Shown here: positions 51,800 to 62,071 of the stretch, one piece after another
Position numbering within the stretch: the first letter of the stretch is position 1
How the letters are laid out: every line of letters starts with the position of its first letter
Assembly: GCA_963754315.1 (NCBI GenBank)
Contig: CAVWFS010000019.1
Location: 224,001-288,000, forward strand
Reading direction: 5' to 3'
Length of the DNA: 64,000 nt
Source of the DNA: an uncultured Candidatus Rokubacteria bacterium
GTDB lineage: Bacteria > Methylomirabilota > Methylomirabilia > Rokubacteriales > CSP1-6
The notes under the pieces: model-generated
Told to the model about the DNA's origin: nothing
Seen by the model: the letters and a program-made list of their open reading frames with translations, nothing else
The model's database searches: none
Translations under genes and position numbers: made by a program

Positions 51800-51826
51800 C
51801 CCTGCGATCGGAAAGGGATCGGAATC

Positions 51827-52210
51827 ATGGATGCGATTCGCGTTGTTGAGGCTTCCCAGATCAAGGGGGACCGTGAGGGCTTCGTCCCCGGCGACACTGT
51901 CCGCGTGCAGGTAAAGGTCGTCGAAGGCGAAAAGGAGCGCGTTCAGGCCTTCGAAGGGGTCGTCATCCGTCGACGCGGAGAGGGCTTGCGAGCTTCCTTC
52001 ACGGTGCGCCGCATTTCCTACGGCGTCGGCGTGGAGCGTACGTTTCCCTTGCACTCCCCTCGCATCGACCGCGTGCAGATCGTGCGCCGAAGCCGGGTGC
52101 GGCGGTCCAAGCTCTACTTCCTGCGCGATCTGGCGGGGAAGGCGGCCCGCCTCAAGGAGAAGCGCGCGGCCGTGGTGCCCTCCTCGGGCGAGACGTCAAC
52201 CGAGCAGTAA
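51827..52210 (+). CDS. rplS: 50S ribosomal protein L19
   Basis: GDTVRV, FEGVVI and [11 protein letters not shown] motifs. Confidence 0.98.
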   Translation: MDAIRVVEASQIKGDREGFVPGDTVRVQVKVVEGEKERVQAFEGVVIRRRGEGLRASFTVRRISYGVGVERTFPLHSPRIDRVQIVRRSRVRRSKLYFLRDLAGKAARLKEKRAAVVPSSGETSTEQ

Positions 52211-52227
52211 TCCCCACGCTCCGGCGC

Positions 52228-52869
52228 GTGCCGCCCTTGTCGGCGCCGTACCACTACGAGGCCCGGGCCTGGCGGGCAGGCCTGGCCAGGGTGGCCGGCG
52301 TGGACGAGGCGGGACGCGGCCCGCTGGCGGGTCCCGTGGTCGCTGCCGCCGTCATCATCACGCCGGCTCGGCGCATCAAGGGACTGGCCGACTCGAAGGT
52401 GCTCACGCCGGAGCGCCGTGAGGAGCTCTTCGCAGCCATCCTTGCTCGTGCCCTTGCGGTCGGGGTGGGGGTGATCGATCACGAAACGATCGACCGCGTC
52501 AACATCCTCGAAGCTACCCGGCGCGCCATGCTGGAAGCGGTCAGGAGCTTGACGATGCCACCCGAATTGGTCATCACCGACTTCGTCAAGCTGGTCAGCC
52601 TCCCCTGTCCTCAGCGCAATCTGATCGACGGAGACGCACGCTGCGCCAGCGTGGCCGCGGCCTCGATCATCGCCAAGGTCACGCGCGATCGCCTCATGAG
52701 CGAGGCGGACCAGCAGTTTCCCGAGTACGGCTTCGCCCGACACAAAGGATACGCGACCCCAGAGCATCTGGCCGCCCTCGACCGCCATGGCCCCTGCCCG
52801 CTGCATCGGCGGACCTTCTCCGGCGTGTGGCGTCAGGGCGAACTGTTTGCCCTTCTGGACGAGGACTGA
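52228..52869 (+). CDS. rnhB: Ribonuclease HII
   Basis: GVDEAGRGPLAGPV, DSK, AAASIIAKVTRD and HKGY motifs. Confidence 0.97.
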   Translation: MPPLSAPYHYEARAWRAGLARVAGVDEAGRGPLAGPVVAAAVIITPARRIKGLADSKVLTPERREELFAAILARALAVGVGVIDHETIDRVNILEATRRAMLEAVRSLTMPPELVITDFVKLVSLPCPQRNLIDGDARCASVAAASIIAKVTRDRLMSEADQQFPEYGFARHKGYATPEHLAALDRHGPCPLHRRTFSGVWRQGELFALLDED

Positions 52870-52930
52870 GGGGTGTCGGGGTTCGTCGACACTTTCACGG
52901 CTCGGCCCGCTGCGCTATGAAGGATCTCTC

Positions 52931-53296
52931 ATGGATCTCCGGCGGGCGCGAGGTCAGGCAGCCGAAGCGACGGCCGCCGCCTTTCTCACCCAGACGGGTC
53001 TGCGGGTCGTCGAGCGCAACGTCCGCTTCGCCCTCGGCGAAATCGACCTCGTCTGTCGAGACGGAGAGACGGTCGTCTTCGTGGAGGTAAAGTGCCGCCA
53101 GGCACGCTGGGGCGACGATCCGTCCACCGCCGTGTCGTGGTCGAAGCGTCGGCGGCTCGGCCAGCTGGCCGCCTTGTATCTGAAGGCGCGCGGTCTGGGA
53201 GAGGTGCGCTGCCGGTTCGATGTGGTCGCCGTCACGATGGACGGTGACGCATCGGCGCTCGTCCGGCATATTCCTCACGCCTTCGACCTGGCGTGA
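52931..53296 (+). CDS. yraN: YraN family protein
   Basis: GEIDLV, FVEVK and RFDVV motifs. Confidence 0.93.
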   Translation: MDLRRARGQAAEATAAAFLTQTGLRVVERNVRFALGEIDLVCRDGETVVFVEVKCRQARWGDDPSTAVSWSKRRRLGQLAALYLKARGLGEVRCRFDVVAVTMDGDASALVRHIPHAFDLA

Positions 53297-53348
53297 GGCC
53301 GGCGCCTCGCATTGCATCGTGTCGGCGCGGTCGGTACACTCTCGAGCC

Positions 53349-54392
53349 ATGACCGTACGCTGGGATAGCTATCGCACTGCCTTGCCTTCCATCGCCCATG
53401 CAGTGGGCCACACGCCGCTCGTGAGACTCAATCGCCTCACGACCTCGGGCCCGGCCATCTACGTCAAGGTGGAATGGTATGGCCCCTCCGGCAGCTTGAA
53501 GGATCGAATCTATCTGCACATGTTCGAGCAGGCGGAACGGCGGGGCGATCTGCGGCCGGGCATACGCGTCCTCGAGTGCTCGACCGGCAATGCCGGCATC
53601 GCGTGCGCTTTCGTGGCCGCCGTGAAGGGCTACCCCTGCACGATCGTGATGCCGGAGGGCATGAGCGAGGAGCGCAAGAAGATCATGCGGGCCTACGGCG
53701 CCGAGCTGGTCTTCACAGCCGGAGGCGAGAGCGACGTCGATCTCTCCCTGACGAGGCTCGATGAGATTCGAGCTCGTGATCCCGACGGGTACTGGGTGCC
53801 CGGGCAATTCGCCAACACCGACAACATCGATGCGCACTACCGCAGCACGGGGCCCGAGCTCTGGGAGCAGAGCGGCGGGATCGTGGGCGCCTTCGTGGCC
53901 GCCCAGGGCAGCGGCGGGACTCTGACCGGGGTGGGTCGCTACCTGCGCGAACGTGACAGTCGAGTCAAACTCTACGCGGTAGAACCGGAGGAGTGCGCGT
54001 TGCTGGCGCGGCGGGCCTGGGGTCCGCATGGCATCGAGGGGATCGGCGACGGCTTCATCCCCGAGAACCTGGACGTTGCCCTCCTCACCGGGGTCATCAC
54101 CACCACCACCGAGGAGAGTCTCGCCCTGGCTCGACGCCTGGCGAGGGAGGAAGGGCTCTTCTGCGGGATCTCCACCGGCTGCAACGTGGCGGCGGCCCTC
54201 AAGCTGGCCCGGCACCATCCGGCGCTGCCGTCGATCATCACCATGGCCAACGATACCGGCCAGCGCTACTTCACCACGCCCCTCTGCGGTGAGGCCAAGC
54301 ACGTGTCGGTGCCCGAACGGGAGCATCCCCTGGACGCGCGGACCCTCCGCGAGCTGGACCGCCACCAGGCGCGCTGGGAAATCCTCGCGTGA
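53349..54392 (+). CDS. PLP-dependent cysteine synthase family protein
   Basis: VGHTPLV, SGSLKDR, STGNAG, GSGGT and HGIEGIG motifs. Confidence 0.9.
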   Translation: MTVRWDSYRTALPSIAHAVGHTPLVRLNRLTTSGPAIYVKVEWYGPSGSLKDRIYLHMFEQAERRGDLRPGIRVLECSTGNAGIACAFVAAVKGYPCTIVMPEGMSEERKKIMRAYGAELVFTAGGESDVDLSLTRLDEIRARDPDGYWVPGQFANTDNIDAHYRSTGPELWEQSGGIVGAFVAAQGSGGTLTGVGRYLRERDSRVKLYAVEPEECALLARRAWGPHGIEGIGDGFIPENLDVALLTGVITTTTEESLALARRLAREEGLFCGISTGCNVAAALKLARHHPALPSIITMANDTGQRYFTTPLCGEAKHVSVPEREHPLDARTLRELDRHQARWEILA

Positions 54393-55345
54393 AGCCGTCC
54401 GAGTACGATTTCGTGGCGGCACGTCGTCGCCTGGAGGACAAGCCGAAGACGGCGGGCGAGAAGCTCACGACCATCGAGGACGCGGTGGCGCTCGTCCGGG
54501 ACGGCGATCACCTCGCGGTCGGGGGATGTCTCTTCTCGCGCACGCCGATGGCCCTCGTGCGCGAGATCCTGCGCCAGCGCCGTCGGGGGCTTACCCTCTC
54601 GCGCAACCTCATGTGCACCGAGGGGGAATTCCTGATGGTCACCGGAGGCGTCGAGCGCGTCGTCACCGCCTGGATGTCCATCGGGCTCCCGTGGGGCGTG
54701 TCGAGAATCCTCCGACACTATGTGGAATCGGGCCAGGTGGCGCTCGAGGAATGGAGCCACCTCGCCCTCGGGTTGCGCTTCCGTGCAGCAGCCATGGGCA
54801 TCCCCTTTCTGCCGGCCCTCACCATGCTCGGCTCGGATCTGATGGGGGTAGGCGGGATGAAGACGATCGAGGATCCGTATACGGGACAGAGCCTGGCGGC
54901 GGTGCCCGCCCTCTTCCCGGACGTCGCCATCCTGCACGTTCACCGGGCCGACCGATTCGGCAACGCGCAGATCGACGGCTATCCTCACATGGACGCCGAC
55001 ATCGCAAGGGCCGCCACCACGGTGCTGATGACCACCGAGGAGATCATCCCCGAGGAGGACATACGCCGCTACCCGGACCGCACGGTCATCCCGGGTTTTG
55101 TCGTCGACGCCCTCGTGCACGTGCCGTTCGGGTCGTTCCCGCACGAATGCTACGCGCTCTATGAGGCCGACTACGATCACTTCCAGGACTACACGGCGGC
55201 CATCGACGCCGGGGGGCCGGCGGCGGTGGTGGACTATCTCGAACGCTATGTGTTTCGGCCGCCAACGTTCGCGGACTATCTCGATCTGTTCGGCGGCGCG
55301 CGGCTGGCTGCCCAGCAGAAGAAGGCTCGGGAGCTCACCCGATGA
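54389..55345 (+). CDS. CoA-transferase subunit A (glutaconate/3-oxoadipate type)
   Basis: AAAMGIPFLP, PDVAILHVHRAD and VDALVHVPFG motifs. Confidence 0.9.
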   Translation: MKPSEYDFVAARRRLEDKPKTAGEKLTTIEDAVALVRDGDHLAVGGCLFSRTPMALVREILRQRRRGLTLSRNLMCTEGEFLMVTGGVERVVTAWMSIGLPWGVSRILRHYVESGQVALEEWSHLALGLRFRAAAMGIPFLPALTMLGSDLMGVGGMKTIEDPYTGQSLAAVPALFPDVAILHVHRADRFGNAQIDGYPHMDADIARAATTVLMTTEEIIPEEDIRRYPDRTVIPGFVVDALVHVPFGSFPHECYALYEADYDHFQDYTAAIDAGGPAAVVDYLERYVFRPPTFADYLDLFGGARLAAQQKKARELTR

Positions 55346-56109
55346 CCGACGTCAACGCCGCCGAGCTCCTCGCCGTGATGGCCTCCCGGCAGCTTTGCGA
55401 CGACACCACCGTTTTCGCCGGTGTCGGCGTCCCCCTCCTGGCCGCGGCCCTCGCCAAGCAGCGCCACGCCCCCCGCCTGACCATGGTCATCGAGGGCGGA
55501 ATCATTGGCCCCCAGATCGCTCCCGGTCGTCTGCCTGTCTCTACCAACGAGATGCGGGCGGGCCATCGCGCCACCATGCTGCCGGGGATCACCGACGCCT
55601 TTCTGTTCGCCCAGAGAGGCTTCGTCGACGTCGGGTTCATGGGCGGCGCCCAAATCGATCCGTACGGCAACATCAACACGAGCGCCATCGGGGGCGACTA
55701 CTGGAAGCCCAAGGTTCGGCTCCCCGGTACGGGGGGCGCCAACGACATCGCCTCTCTCTGTCGTGAGGTCATCATCGTCACCCCCCACGAGAAGCGCCGG
55801 TTCATCGAACGCGTGGACTTCATCACCAGCCCCTCGTGGCTCGAGGGCGACGACTCCCGTCGGCGGGCCGGTTTGCTCTTCGGCGGCGTGTCGCGGGTTG
55901 TGACCACCCTCGGTCTGTTCGGCTTCGATCCCGCCACACGCCGCATGCGCATCGAGGCCACCCACCCAGGCGTGTCCATCGATGTCATCCGGGTGCAGAC
56001 GGGCTTCGAGCTCGGTGTGGCGCCCGAGGTGACCGTCACCGAACCGCCGACCGCCGAGGAGCTGGCCATGCTGCGAGCACTCGATCCGGAACGCCGGTTT
56101 TTGGGTTAG
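55342..56109 (+). CDS. CoA-transferase subunit B
   Basis: GGAQIDPYGNIN, RLPGTGGANDI and VDFITSP motifs. Confidence 0.9.
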   Translation: MTDVNAAELLAVMASRQLCDDTTVFAGVGVPLLAAALAKQRHAPRLTMVIEGGIIGPQIAPGRLPVSTNEMRAGHRATMLPGITDAFLFAQRGFVDVGFMGGAQIDPYGNINTSAIGGDYWKPKVRLPGTGGANDIASLCREVIIVTPHEKRRFIERVDFITSPSWLEGDDSRRRAGLLFGGVSRVVTTLGLFGFDPATRRMRIEATHPGVSIDVIRVQTGFELGVAPEVTVTEPPTAEELAMLRALDPERRFLG

Positions 56110-56135
56110 CCGGAACCTTCCCCAAGGCGGCGCGC

Positions 56136-57071
56136 ATGCACGTCGGGCTTGCTATCAAGAACTTCGTGGGGCCGACGGAGACCCCGGACGCCGACGCCAT
56201 CCTCGCGTACGCCGAACGCGCGGAAGCCCTCGGCTTCGAGTCCCTGTGGGCGTGGGACCACGTGATCCTGGGCGTTGAGCCTGCCTTCCCCATCCTGGAT
56301 GCCGTGGGGATCTTGACCGCCATCGCTGCCCGCACCCGCACTATCAAGCTGGGAACCGGAGTGATGGTGCTACCGCTGCGCAATCCCACGGTGACGGCCA
56401 AGGCCCTCGGTACCCTGGACGTCATCTCCCGGGGCCGGCTCATCCTGGGGGTGGCGGCTGGCTGGTACGCGCGGGAATTCGACGCGGTGGGAGTCCCGTT
56501 CAAGCAACGGGGCCGCATGTTCGAGCGCAACCTCGACATCCTCACCAGGTTGTGGACGGAGGACCGGGTGACCCTGCGCGTCGACGAGTTCAACCTGCGC
56601 GAGGCCGTCATGCGCCCCCGGCCAACCCAGCAGCCGCGTCCACCCATCCTCATTGGAGGGTACGTCGACGCGGTGCTCAAGCGAGTAGCCACCCATGCCG
56701 ACGGGTGGCTCACCTACTTCTATACGCCGGAGAGCTATCGACGGTCCTGGGACAAGATCATGGGCTTCGCGCGCGACACGGGGCGTGACCCTCGGACTCT
56801 CACCGGCACCAATCAGTTGGCGATCTATGTCGGCCAATCACGCGCGGAGACAGAGGCACCCATGCGCCACTGGCTCCAGACCGAGTGGGATGTGGCGGCC
56901 TGGAGCGAGTCGACCATCGAGCACGCGATTCGAGGCAACGTCGAGGAATGCGTCGGCCAGCTCCGGGCCCACCTGGAGACGGGCGTGGACCGTATTATTC
57001 TGATCCCGTACCGTTACGACCCCGCTCAGGTGGATCTCATTGCCCGGGAGATTCTTCCCCGCCTCCGCTAA
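56136..57071 (+). CDS. LLM-class flavin-dependent oxidoreductase
   Basis: GFESLWAWDH, SRGRLILGVAAGW and PPILIGG motifs. Confidence 0.9.
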   Translation: MHVGLAIKNFVGPTETPDADAILAYAERAEALGFESLWAWDHVILGVEPAFPILDAVGILTAIAARTRTIKLGTGVMVLPLRNPTVTAKALGTLDVISRGRLILGVAAGWYAREFDAVGVPFKQRGRMFERNLDILTRLWTEDRVTLRVDEFNLREAVMRPRPTQQPRPPILIGGYVDAVLKRVATHADGWLTYFYTPESYRRSWDKIMGFARDTGRDPRTLTGTNQLAIYVGQSRAETEAPMRHWLQTEWDVAAWSESTIEHAIRGNVEECVGQLRAHLETGVDRIILIPYRYDPAQVDLIAREILPRLR

Positions 57072-57171
57072 GCCCGGCCCCGCGTGCTACGCTCAACACG
57101 AAGGGACCCGGGGTAGGGTAGCTCGACCGGGGTCCGTCGCTTCCAACGCTCGCACGGTGAGGGAACGCAAC

Positions 57172-58101
57172 ATGAGCCTGCCCTTGATCTTCTCGGGTGT
57201 GATGCCAGCAAACCTGCTACCGTTCAAGGCCGATCTCTCCATCGACGACAACGCGTATCGCCGGCACCTGCGCTGGCTGGCCGACACGCGCGGGGTGACT
57301 GGCATCGTGGCCAACGGCCACGCGGCCGAGGTCTCGTCTTTGAGCCGCGAGGAACGGGTGAGAGCACTCGCCATCGCCGTCGACGAGATCGCCGGCGCCT
57401 GCCCGGTCGTCGCTGGTGTCTACGCCGACGGAACCCAGGATGCTGTCGCCCTCGCCAGGGATGCGAAGGTGGCGGGGGCCGCCGGGCTCCTGGTCTTTCC
57501 CCCGACGCTCTTCATGTGGGGAGCCCAGCTCAAGCCGGACATGGTGGTTCGTCACTTCTCGGATGTCGCGTCCGCGACCGATCTGCCCATCATCGTCTTC
57601 GAGTACCCACCCGCCTCGGGCATCGGTTACGCGCCGGAGACTCTGGCCAGGCTGACCGAGATCCCGCACATCGCCGGCGTGAAGGACTGGTCGAACGACA
57701 TCGTCACCTTCGAGCGGAATCTGCGCGCCCTGCGCGCGACCGGACGGCCGGTGGCCATGCTGTCAGCGTTCACGATGTCTCTGATGTCGACCTTCCTGCT
57801 CGGAGCCGACGGGGCCATCTCCGGTATGGGCAGCGTGGTAGCGGATCTTCAGGCAGAGCTGTTCGACCTTTGCCAAAAGGGTGACCTCGATCAAGCGCGA
57901 CGGCTGAACGATCGGCTCGATCCACTCGTTCGAGTCTTCTACGCCCCGCCCTTCGTCGACATGCACAACCGGATGAAGGAGGCCTTGGTGCTCCTTGGGC
58001 GCCTTCCGGCCGCCTACGTGCGCCCCCCACTCACTCCGGTGAGCGAAGTTGAGCGCGAGGCCATCCGCGCCGCCCTTCGCGCCGCCGGCCTCGCACTCTA
58101 G
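57172..58101 (+). CDS. Dihydrodipicolinate synthase family (class I aldolase) protein
   Basis: NGHAAE in place of GTTGE, GVKD Schiff-base Lys and VRPPL motifs. Confidence 0.88.
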   Translation: MSLPLIFSGVMPANLLPFKADLSIDDNAYRRHLRWLADTRGVTGIVANGHAAEVSSLSREERVRALAIAVDEIAGACPVVAGVYADGTQDAVALARDAKVAGAAGLLVFPPTLFMWGAQLKPDMVVRHFSDVASATDLPIIVFEYPPASGIGYAPETLARLTEIPHIAGVKDWSNDIVTFERNLRALRATGRPVAMLSAFTMSLMSTFLLGADGAISGMGSVVADLQAELFDLCQKGDLDQARRLNDRLDPLVRVFYAPPFVDMHNRMKEALVLLGRLPAAYVRPPLTPVSEVEREAIRAALRAAGLAL

Positions 58102-58402
58102 ATCGCGGAGTGGTCCGTGGGGAACGTTAGGTGACTGCTTGTCCGAGAAGACACCCCTGATTGCACCAAAATAGCGCGGCGACGCAAGATTTTCGGCCAG
58201 GACTCGACGATACTGCGGGCTCGGTGACGCTCGGCGCATAGACTCACGCCCGAGGACCGTGCGCCCTCGGGTGGATGGTCGTGGTGGGCCGCCTCGGCGG
58301 GCCCGCAATGCCTTGCGTGTCGATGTCTTTTCGTGTAGATAGGATCAACTTCCACGATGAACTCTGTGCCCGAATTGTGGGCGCTTTCAAGGAGGAGAAT
58401 AT

Positions 58403-59707
58403 ATGGCGGACCGGTGGCAGGACGAGCCCTGGACACAGGGCATGTGGTGGAGTGGCAAGACGACGCGGCGCAAGTTCATTGGCCTCTCGGCGGCGGCGGC
58501 CGGTGCGCTCGGCGCCTCTACTTTGGTTCCGGCTCCGTGGCGCGAAGCGTTCGGCCAGGCCAAGCCGTACAAGCTCGGCACCCTACAACCGCTGTCGGGG
58601 ACGGCGGCGGCGGGTGGCAAGACGGCGCTGGTCGGCATTCAGATGGCGGTGGACCGAATCAACAAGAGCGGCGGCGTCAACGGCCGGCCAATCGAGTTGC
58701 TGGTGGCGGACTACGAGTCGAAGCCCGATGTCGGTCGGCGCAAAGCCGAGAAACTCGTGGTCGAGGACATGATCGACGCCCACGCCGGCGGCTATCTGTC
58801 CAACGTGTGCCTGGCTTGCATGCCCGTCTACGAAGAGCACAAGGTGGTCAACATGATCACGGTGTGCCTGGATACCACCATTACCACGAGCAAGTGCAGC
58901 CGCTATACCTTCCGGCCCTTCGACTTCGCCCCCGCCCAGGCGGTGGCCGCGACGCCTTATATGGTCAACAAGATGGGCAAGAAATGGCACATTGCCTTCG
59001 CCGACTATGCGTGGGGTCAGTCGACCAAGGACGCATTTGTGGAGGGCATTAAGAAGAACGGCGGGGAGGTGGTGGGCACCACCGGCATTCCCCTCGGCAC
59101 CGCGGACATGACGGCCTTCCTCTCCAAGATCACCGGGAACTTCGACGGGCTGTGGGGCATCTTCTTCGGCCCCCAGGGCATCGCGTTTGTGACCCAGAGC
59201 TTCGACCTCGGGCTGTCGAAGAAGTACAAGCTCGGAGGCGACGGCGCCATTGCCGTCTCCGTGAACCTCCCGGCCCTCGGGAGCAAGGGGGACGGCTTCG
59301 TGGGCATCGATCGGTACGTGCCCGTGCTGGAGGGCGTCTTCAACACGCCGTCTCACAAGAAGTTCCTGGACGAAGCGGTAGCTCGCCTGAAGCAGATCGA
59401 TCCCACCGGTCCCTTACCGGATCGGTACGTGCAGTCGAACTATGAAGGTGTCAACGCGCTCAGGATCGGGATGCAGAAGTCGGGGTTCAAGAGCCGCGAG
59501 GACACCCCGAAGCTGATCGAGGCCCTTGAAGGGCTCGAGATGAAGGAAGGGGATGATTTCCCACAGGGGGACAAGACCCTCCGCAAGGAAGACCATCAAG
59601 CCTTCACCCGCGAGTTCGTCTTCGAGATCCGAAGTGGCAAGCACCGGATCCTGGAGGTCGTCCCCAAGGAGAAAACCGTCGTCCCGGCCGCCTGCAAGTT
59701 CGCGTAG
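58403..59707 (+). CDS. Branched-chain amino acid-type ABC substrate-binding protein with Tat signal
   Basis: TRRKFI twin-arginine motif; PLSG, INKSGGVNGRPIEL and DYAWG; AAGGAGG RBS. Confidence 0.92.
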   Translation: MADRWQDEPWTQGMWWSGKTTRRKFIGLSAAAAGALGASTLVPAPWREAFGQAKPYKLGTLQPLSGTAAAGGKTALVGIQMAVDRINKSGGVNGRPIELLVADYESKPDVGRRKAEKLVVEDMIDAHAGGYLSNVCLACMPVYEEHKVVNMITVCLDTTITTSKCSRYTFRPFDFAPAQAVAATPYMVNKMGKKWHIAFADYAWGQSTKDAFVEGIKKNGGEVVGTTGIPLGTADMTAFLSKITGNFDGLWGIFFGPQGIAFVTQSFDLGLSKKYKLGGDGAIAVSVNLPALGSKGDGFVGIDRYVPVLEGVFNTPSHKKFLDEAVARLKQIDPTGPLPDRYVQSNYEGVNALRIGMQKSGFKSREDTPKLIEALEGLEMKEGDDFPQGDKTLRKEDHQAFTREFVFEIRSGKHRILEVVPKEKTVVPAACKFA

Positions 59708-59726
59708 GGTGACCACGGGGTCGCCC

Positions 59727-60500
59727 ATGAGCCCCCCGGCCGGCAACGGTCGGGGGGGCGTCCTTCCCGCCATCCTCCAGACCGACGGTCTCACCATGCA
59801 GTTCGGAGGATTGACCGCCCTCAGCAATGTCTCGGTGAGCGTGCGGCAGGGCGAGATCCGCGCCGTGATCGGCCCCAACGGCGCCGGGAAATCGACCTTC
59901 TTCAACTGCCTGACCGGCGTGCTCCGCCCCACCAGCGGCCGCATCATGCTCGACGGCGAGGACATCACCGGACTGCCGCCGGATCGGATCTCCCAGAAGG
60001 CCATGGCCCGCTCCTACCAGATCACGAACATCCTGCCGGGAGCCACCGTGCTGGAGAACGTTCGCATTGCCGCCCAATCTCGACACCACGCGTGGAGTCT
60101 TCTGCGTCACCATCGGCACTACTCCGACGTGGTCGAGCGGGCGCGGGCGGTGCTGGGGGCGGTCAACCTCCTCGAGAAGGAAGACGAGCTGGGAGCCAAC
60201 CTCTCCCATGGGGAGCAGCGCAATCTGGAGATCGGCATCGCGTTGGCCACCGAGCCCAAGCTGCTCTGCCTCGACGAACCGACCGCCGGCATGAGCGTGG
60301 CTGAGACGCATCAGACGGTGGAGCTGATCAGGCGCATCGCGCGCAACCTCACCATCATGATCGTCGAGCACGACATGGAGGTGGTGATGGGGTTGGCCCA
60401 CACCATCACCGTGCTGCACTACGGGGAGGTTCTCGCCGAGGGCAGCCCTGCCCAGATTCAAGCGAACGCCCGCGTGCAGGAGGTCTACCTCAAGACCTAA
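59727..60500 (+). CDS. ABC ATP-binding protein (LivG-like)
   Basis: GPNGAGKST, LSHGE, LDEPTAG and VEHD motifs. Confidence 0.93.
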   Translation: MSPPAGNGRGGVLPAILQTDGLTMQFGGLTALSNVSVSVRQGEIRAVIGPNGAGKSTFFNCLTGVLRPTSGRIMLDGEDITGLPPDRISQKAMARSYQITNILPGATVLENVRIAAQSRHHAWSLLRHHRHYSDVVERARAVLGAVNLLEKEDELGANLSHGEQRNLEIGIALATEPKLLCLDEPTAGMSVAETHQTVELIRRIARNLTIMIVEHDMEVVMGLAHTITVLHYGEVLAEGSPAQIQANARVQEVYLKT

Positions 60501-61207
60501 TGCTGCGCCTGGACAACGTTCACACCTTCTACGGAAAGTCTCACATCCTGCATGGTGTCTCCCTCGAGATCCAGACAGGCGAGGTGGTGGGATTACTCGG
60601 CCGCAACGGCGTCGGCAAGTCCACCACGCTCAAGACGATCATGGGGCTCGTGCGACCCTCCGAAGGTCAAATCACCTTCGAGGAGCGCCGCATCACCGGG
60701 GTGGCCCCCCACCACCTGGCGCGCCAGGGCATCGCCTGGGTCCCGGAAGACCGCCGCATCTTCCGGCTGCTCACCGTGCAGGAAAACCTGCGCGTCGGGC
60801 TCGATCGGAGTGGGGTCACCGAGGCTCGCAAGCGCGCCCTGCTCGATCGTGTCTTCGAGAGCTTTCCGCGCCTCAAGGAGCGCCGCGACCAGGCGGGCGG
60901 GACCCTTTCCGGAGGGGAGCAGCAGATGCTCGCCATCGCGCGAGCCATGATGTTGGAGCCCCGAATCATTCTGCTCGACGAACCCACCGAGGGGCTCATG
61001 CCTCGCATGGTCGCGGAGATCCGTGACATCGTAGGGGTACTCCACCGGGAGGGCGTGGCCATCCTGCTCGTCGAGCAAAACGTGCCGCTCACCCTCGAAG
61101 CTGCTGGGCGCGTGTACATCATGGAGAAGGGGGTGGTACGCCACCACGCTCCATCCGCCGAGCTGCGTGCCAACCAAACCGTCATCCACCAGTATCTGGG
61201 GATCTAA
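60500..61207 (+). CDS. ABC ATP-binding protein (LivF-like)
   Basis: GRNGVGKST, LSGGEQQM and LVEQN motifs. Confidence 0.94.
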   Translation: MLRLDNVHTFYGKSHILHGVSLEIQTGEVVGLLGRNGVGKSTTLKTIMGLVRPSEGQITFEERRITGVAPHHLARQGIAWVPEDRRIFRLLTVQENLRVGLDRSGVTEARKRALLDRVFESFPRLKERRDQAGGTLSGGEQQMLAIARAMMLEPRIILLDEPTEGLMPRMVAEIRDIVGVLHREGVAILLVEQNVPLTLEAAGRVYIMEKGVVRHHAPSAELRANQTVIHQYLGI

Positions 61208-61210
61208 TCA

Positions 61211-62071
61211 GTGGACGCGTTCGTCATCCAGACCGTCAACGGGATTGTGAGCGGCATGATCCTCGCCCTCGTGGCGTCAGGGCTCACCCTGATCTTCGGC
61301 ATCATGGACGTCGTCAACTTCGCCCACGGGGACCTGGTGATGCTGGGCGGCTTCACCGGGGCCACCACGCTCGCTCTTACCGGCAACTTCTGGCTGGCCC
61401 TCCTTGTGGCTGCCCTCGTGATCGCCGTCTTCGGAGCGGCACTGCAGATCAGCGCCCTGCGACCCCTTCTCGGGCGCGATCCGCTCACCACGATTCTCGC
61501 CACCTTCGGCATCTCGCTGGTCCTGCAGAAGTACGCGCTGTGGCAGTGGGGCCCGACCGCCCGGAAGATTCAGGAGCCCCTCACCGGCCAGTTCACGATG
61601 TTCTACCTGCAGTATCCCTGGTACCGAATCCTCACTGCCGTCCTGGCGGCGGCCATCATCGGTGCCCTGTACCTGTTCCTGCGCTACGCCAAGTACGGCG
61701 TGTGGATCCGCGCTACCACCCAGGACCGCATCATGGCGCAGGCGATGGGCATCCCGGTGCCGCTGGTCCATACAGGCGTCTTCGCCATCGGAGCGGGCAT
61801 GGCCGCCGCCAGCGGCGTGCTGTTCGGCCCGCTGGGCGGCGTCACCCAGAACATGGGCTTCGACTTTACCTTGCGGGCCTTCATCGTCGTGGTGGTGGGC
61901 GGCATGGGGAACCTGGGCGGCTCCATCTTGGCGTCCATCTTCATCAGCATGCTGGAGGCCTACGCCGCGTTGGTGGTGAGCCCCGCCCAGGCGGTCATCG
62001 TCTCGTTCGTCGCCCTGATCCTGACCCTGCTCTTCCGACCGACCGGGCTCTTCGTGCCCACCCCGAAATGA
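61211..62071 (+). CDS. ABC permease (LivH-like)
   Basis: GLTLIFGIMDVVNFAHG and VVVGGMG motifs. Confidence 0.93.
   Translation: MDAFVIQTVNGIVSGMILALVASGLTLIFGIMDVVNFAHGDLVMLGGFTGATTLALTGNFWLALLVAALVIAVFGAALQISALRPLLGRDPLTTILATFGISLVLQKYALWQWGPTARKIQEPLTGQFTMFYLQYPWYRILTAVLAAAIIGALYLFLRYAKYGVWIRATTQDRIMAQAMGIPVPLVHTGVFAIGAGMAAASGVLFGPLGGVTQNMGFDFTLRAFIVVVVGGMGNLGGSILASIFISMLEAYAALVVSPAQAVIVSFVALILTLLFRPTGLFVPTPK

Noticed and set aside
59707..59759. Two GC-rich hairpins after the ABC binding-protein gene
   Set aside because: Typical intercistronic stabilising stem-loops; they do not match the dispersed repeat consensus.
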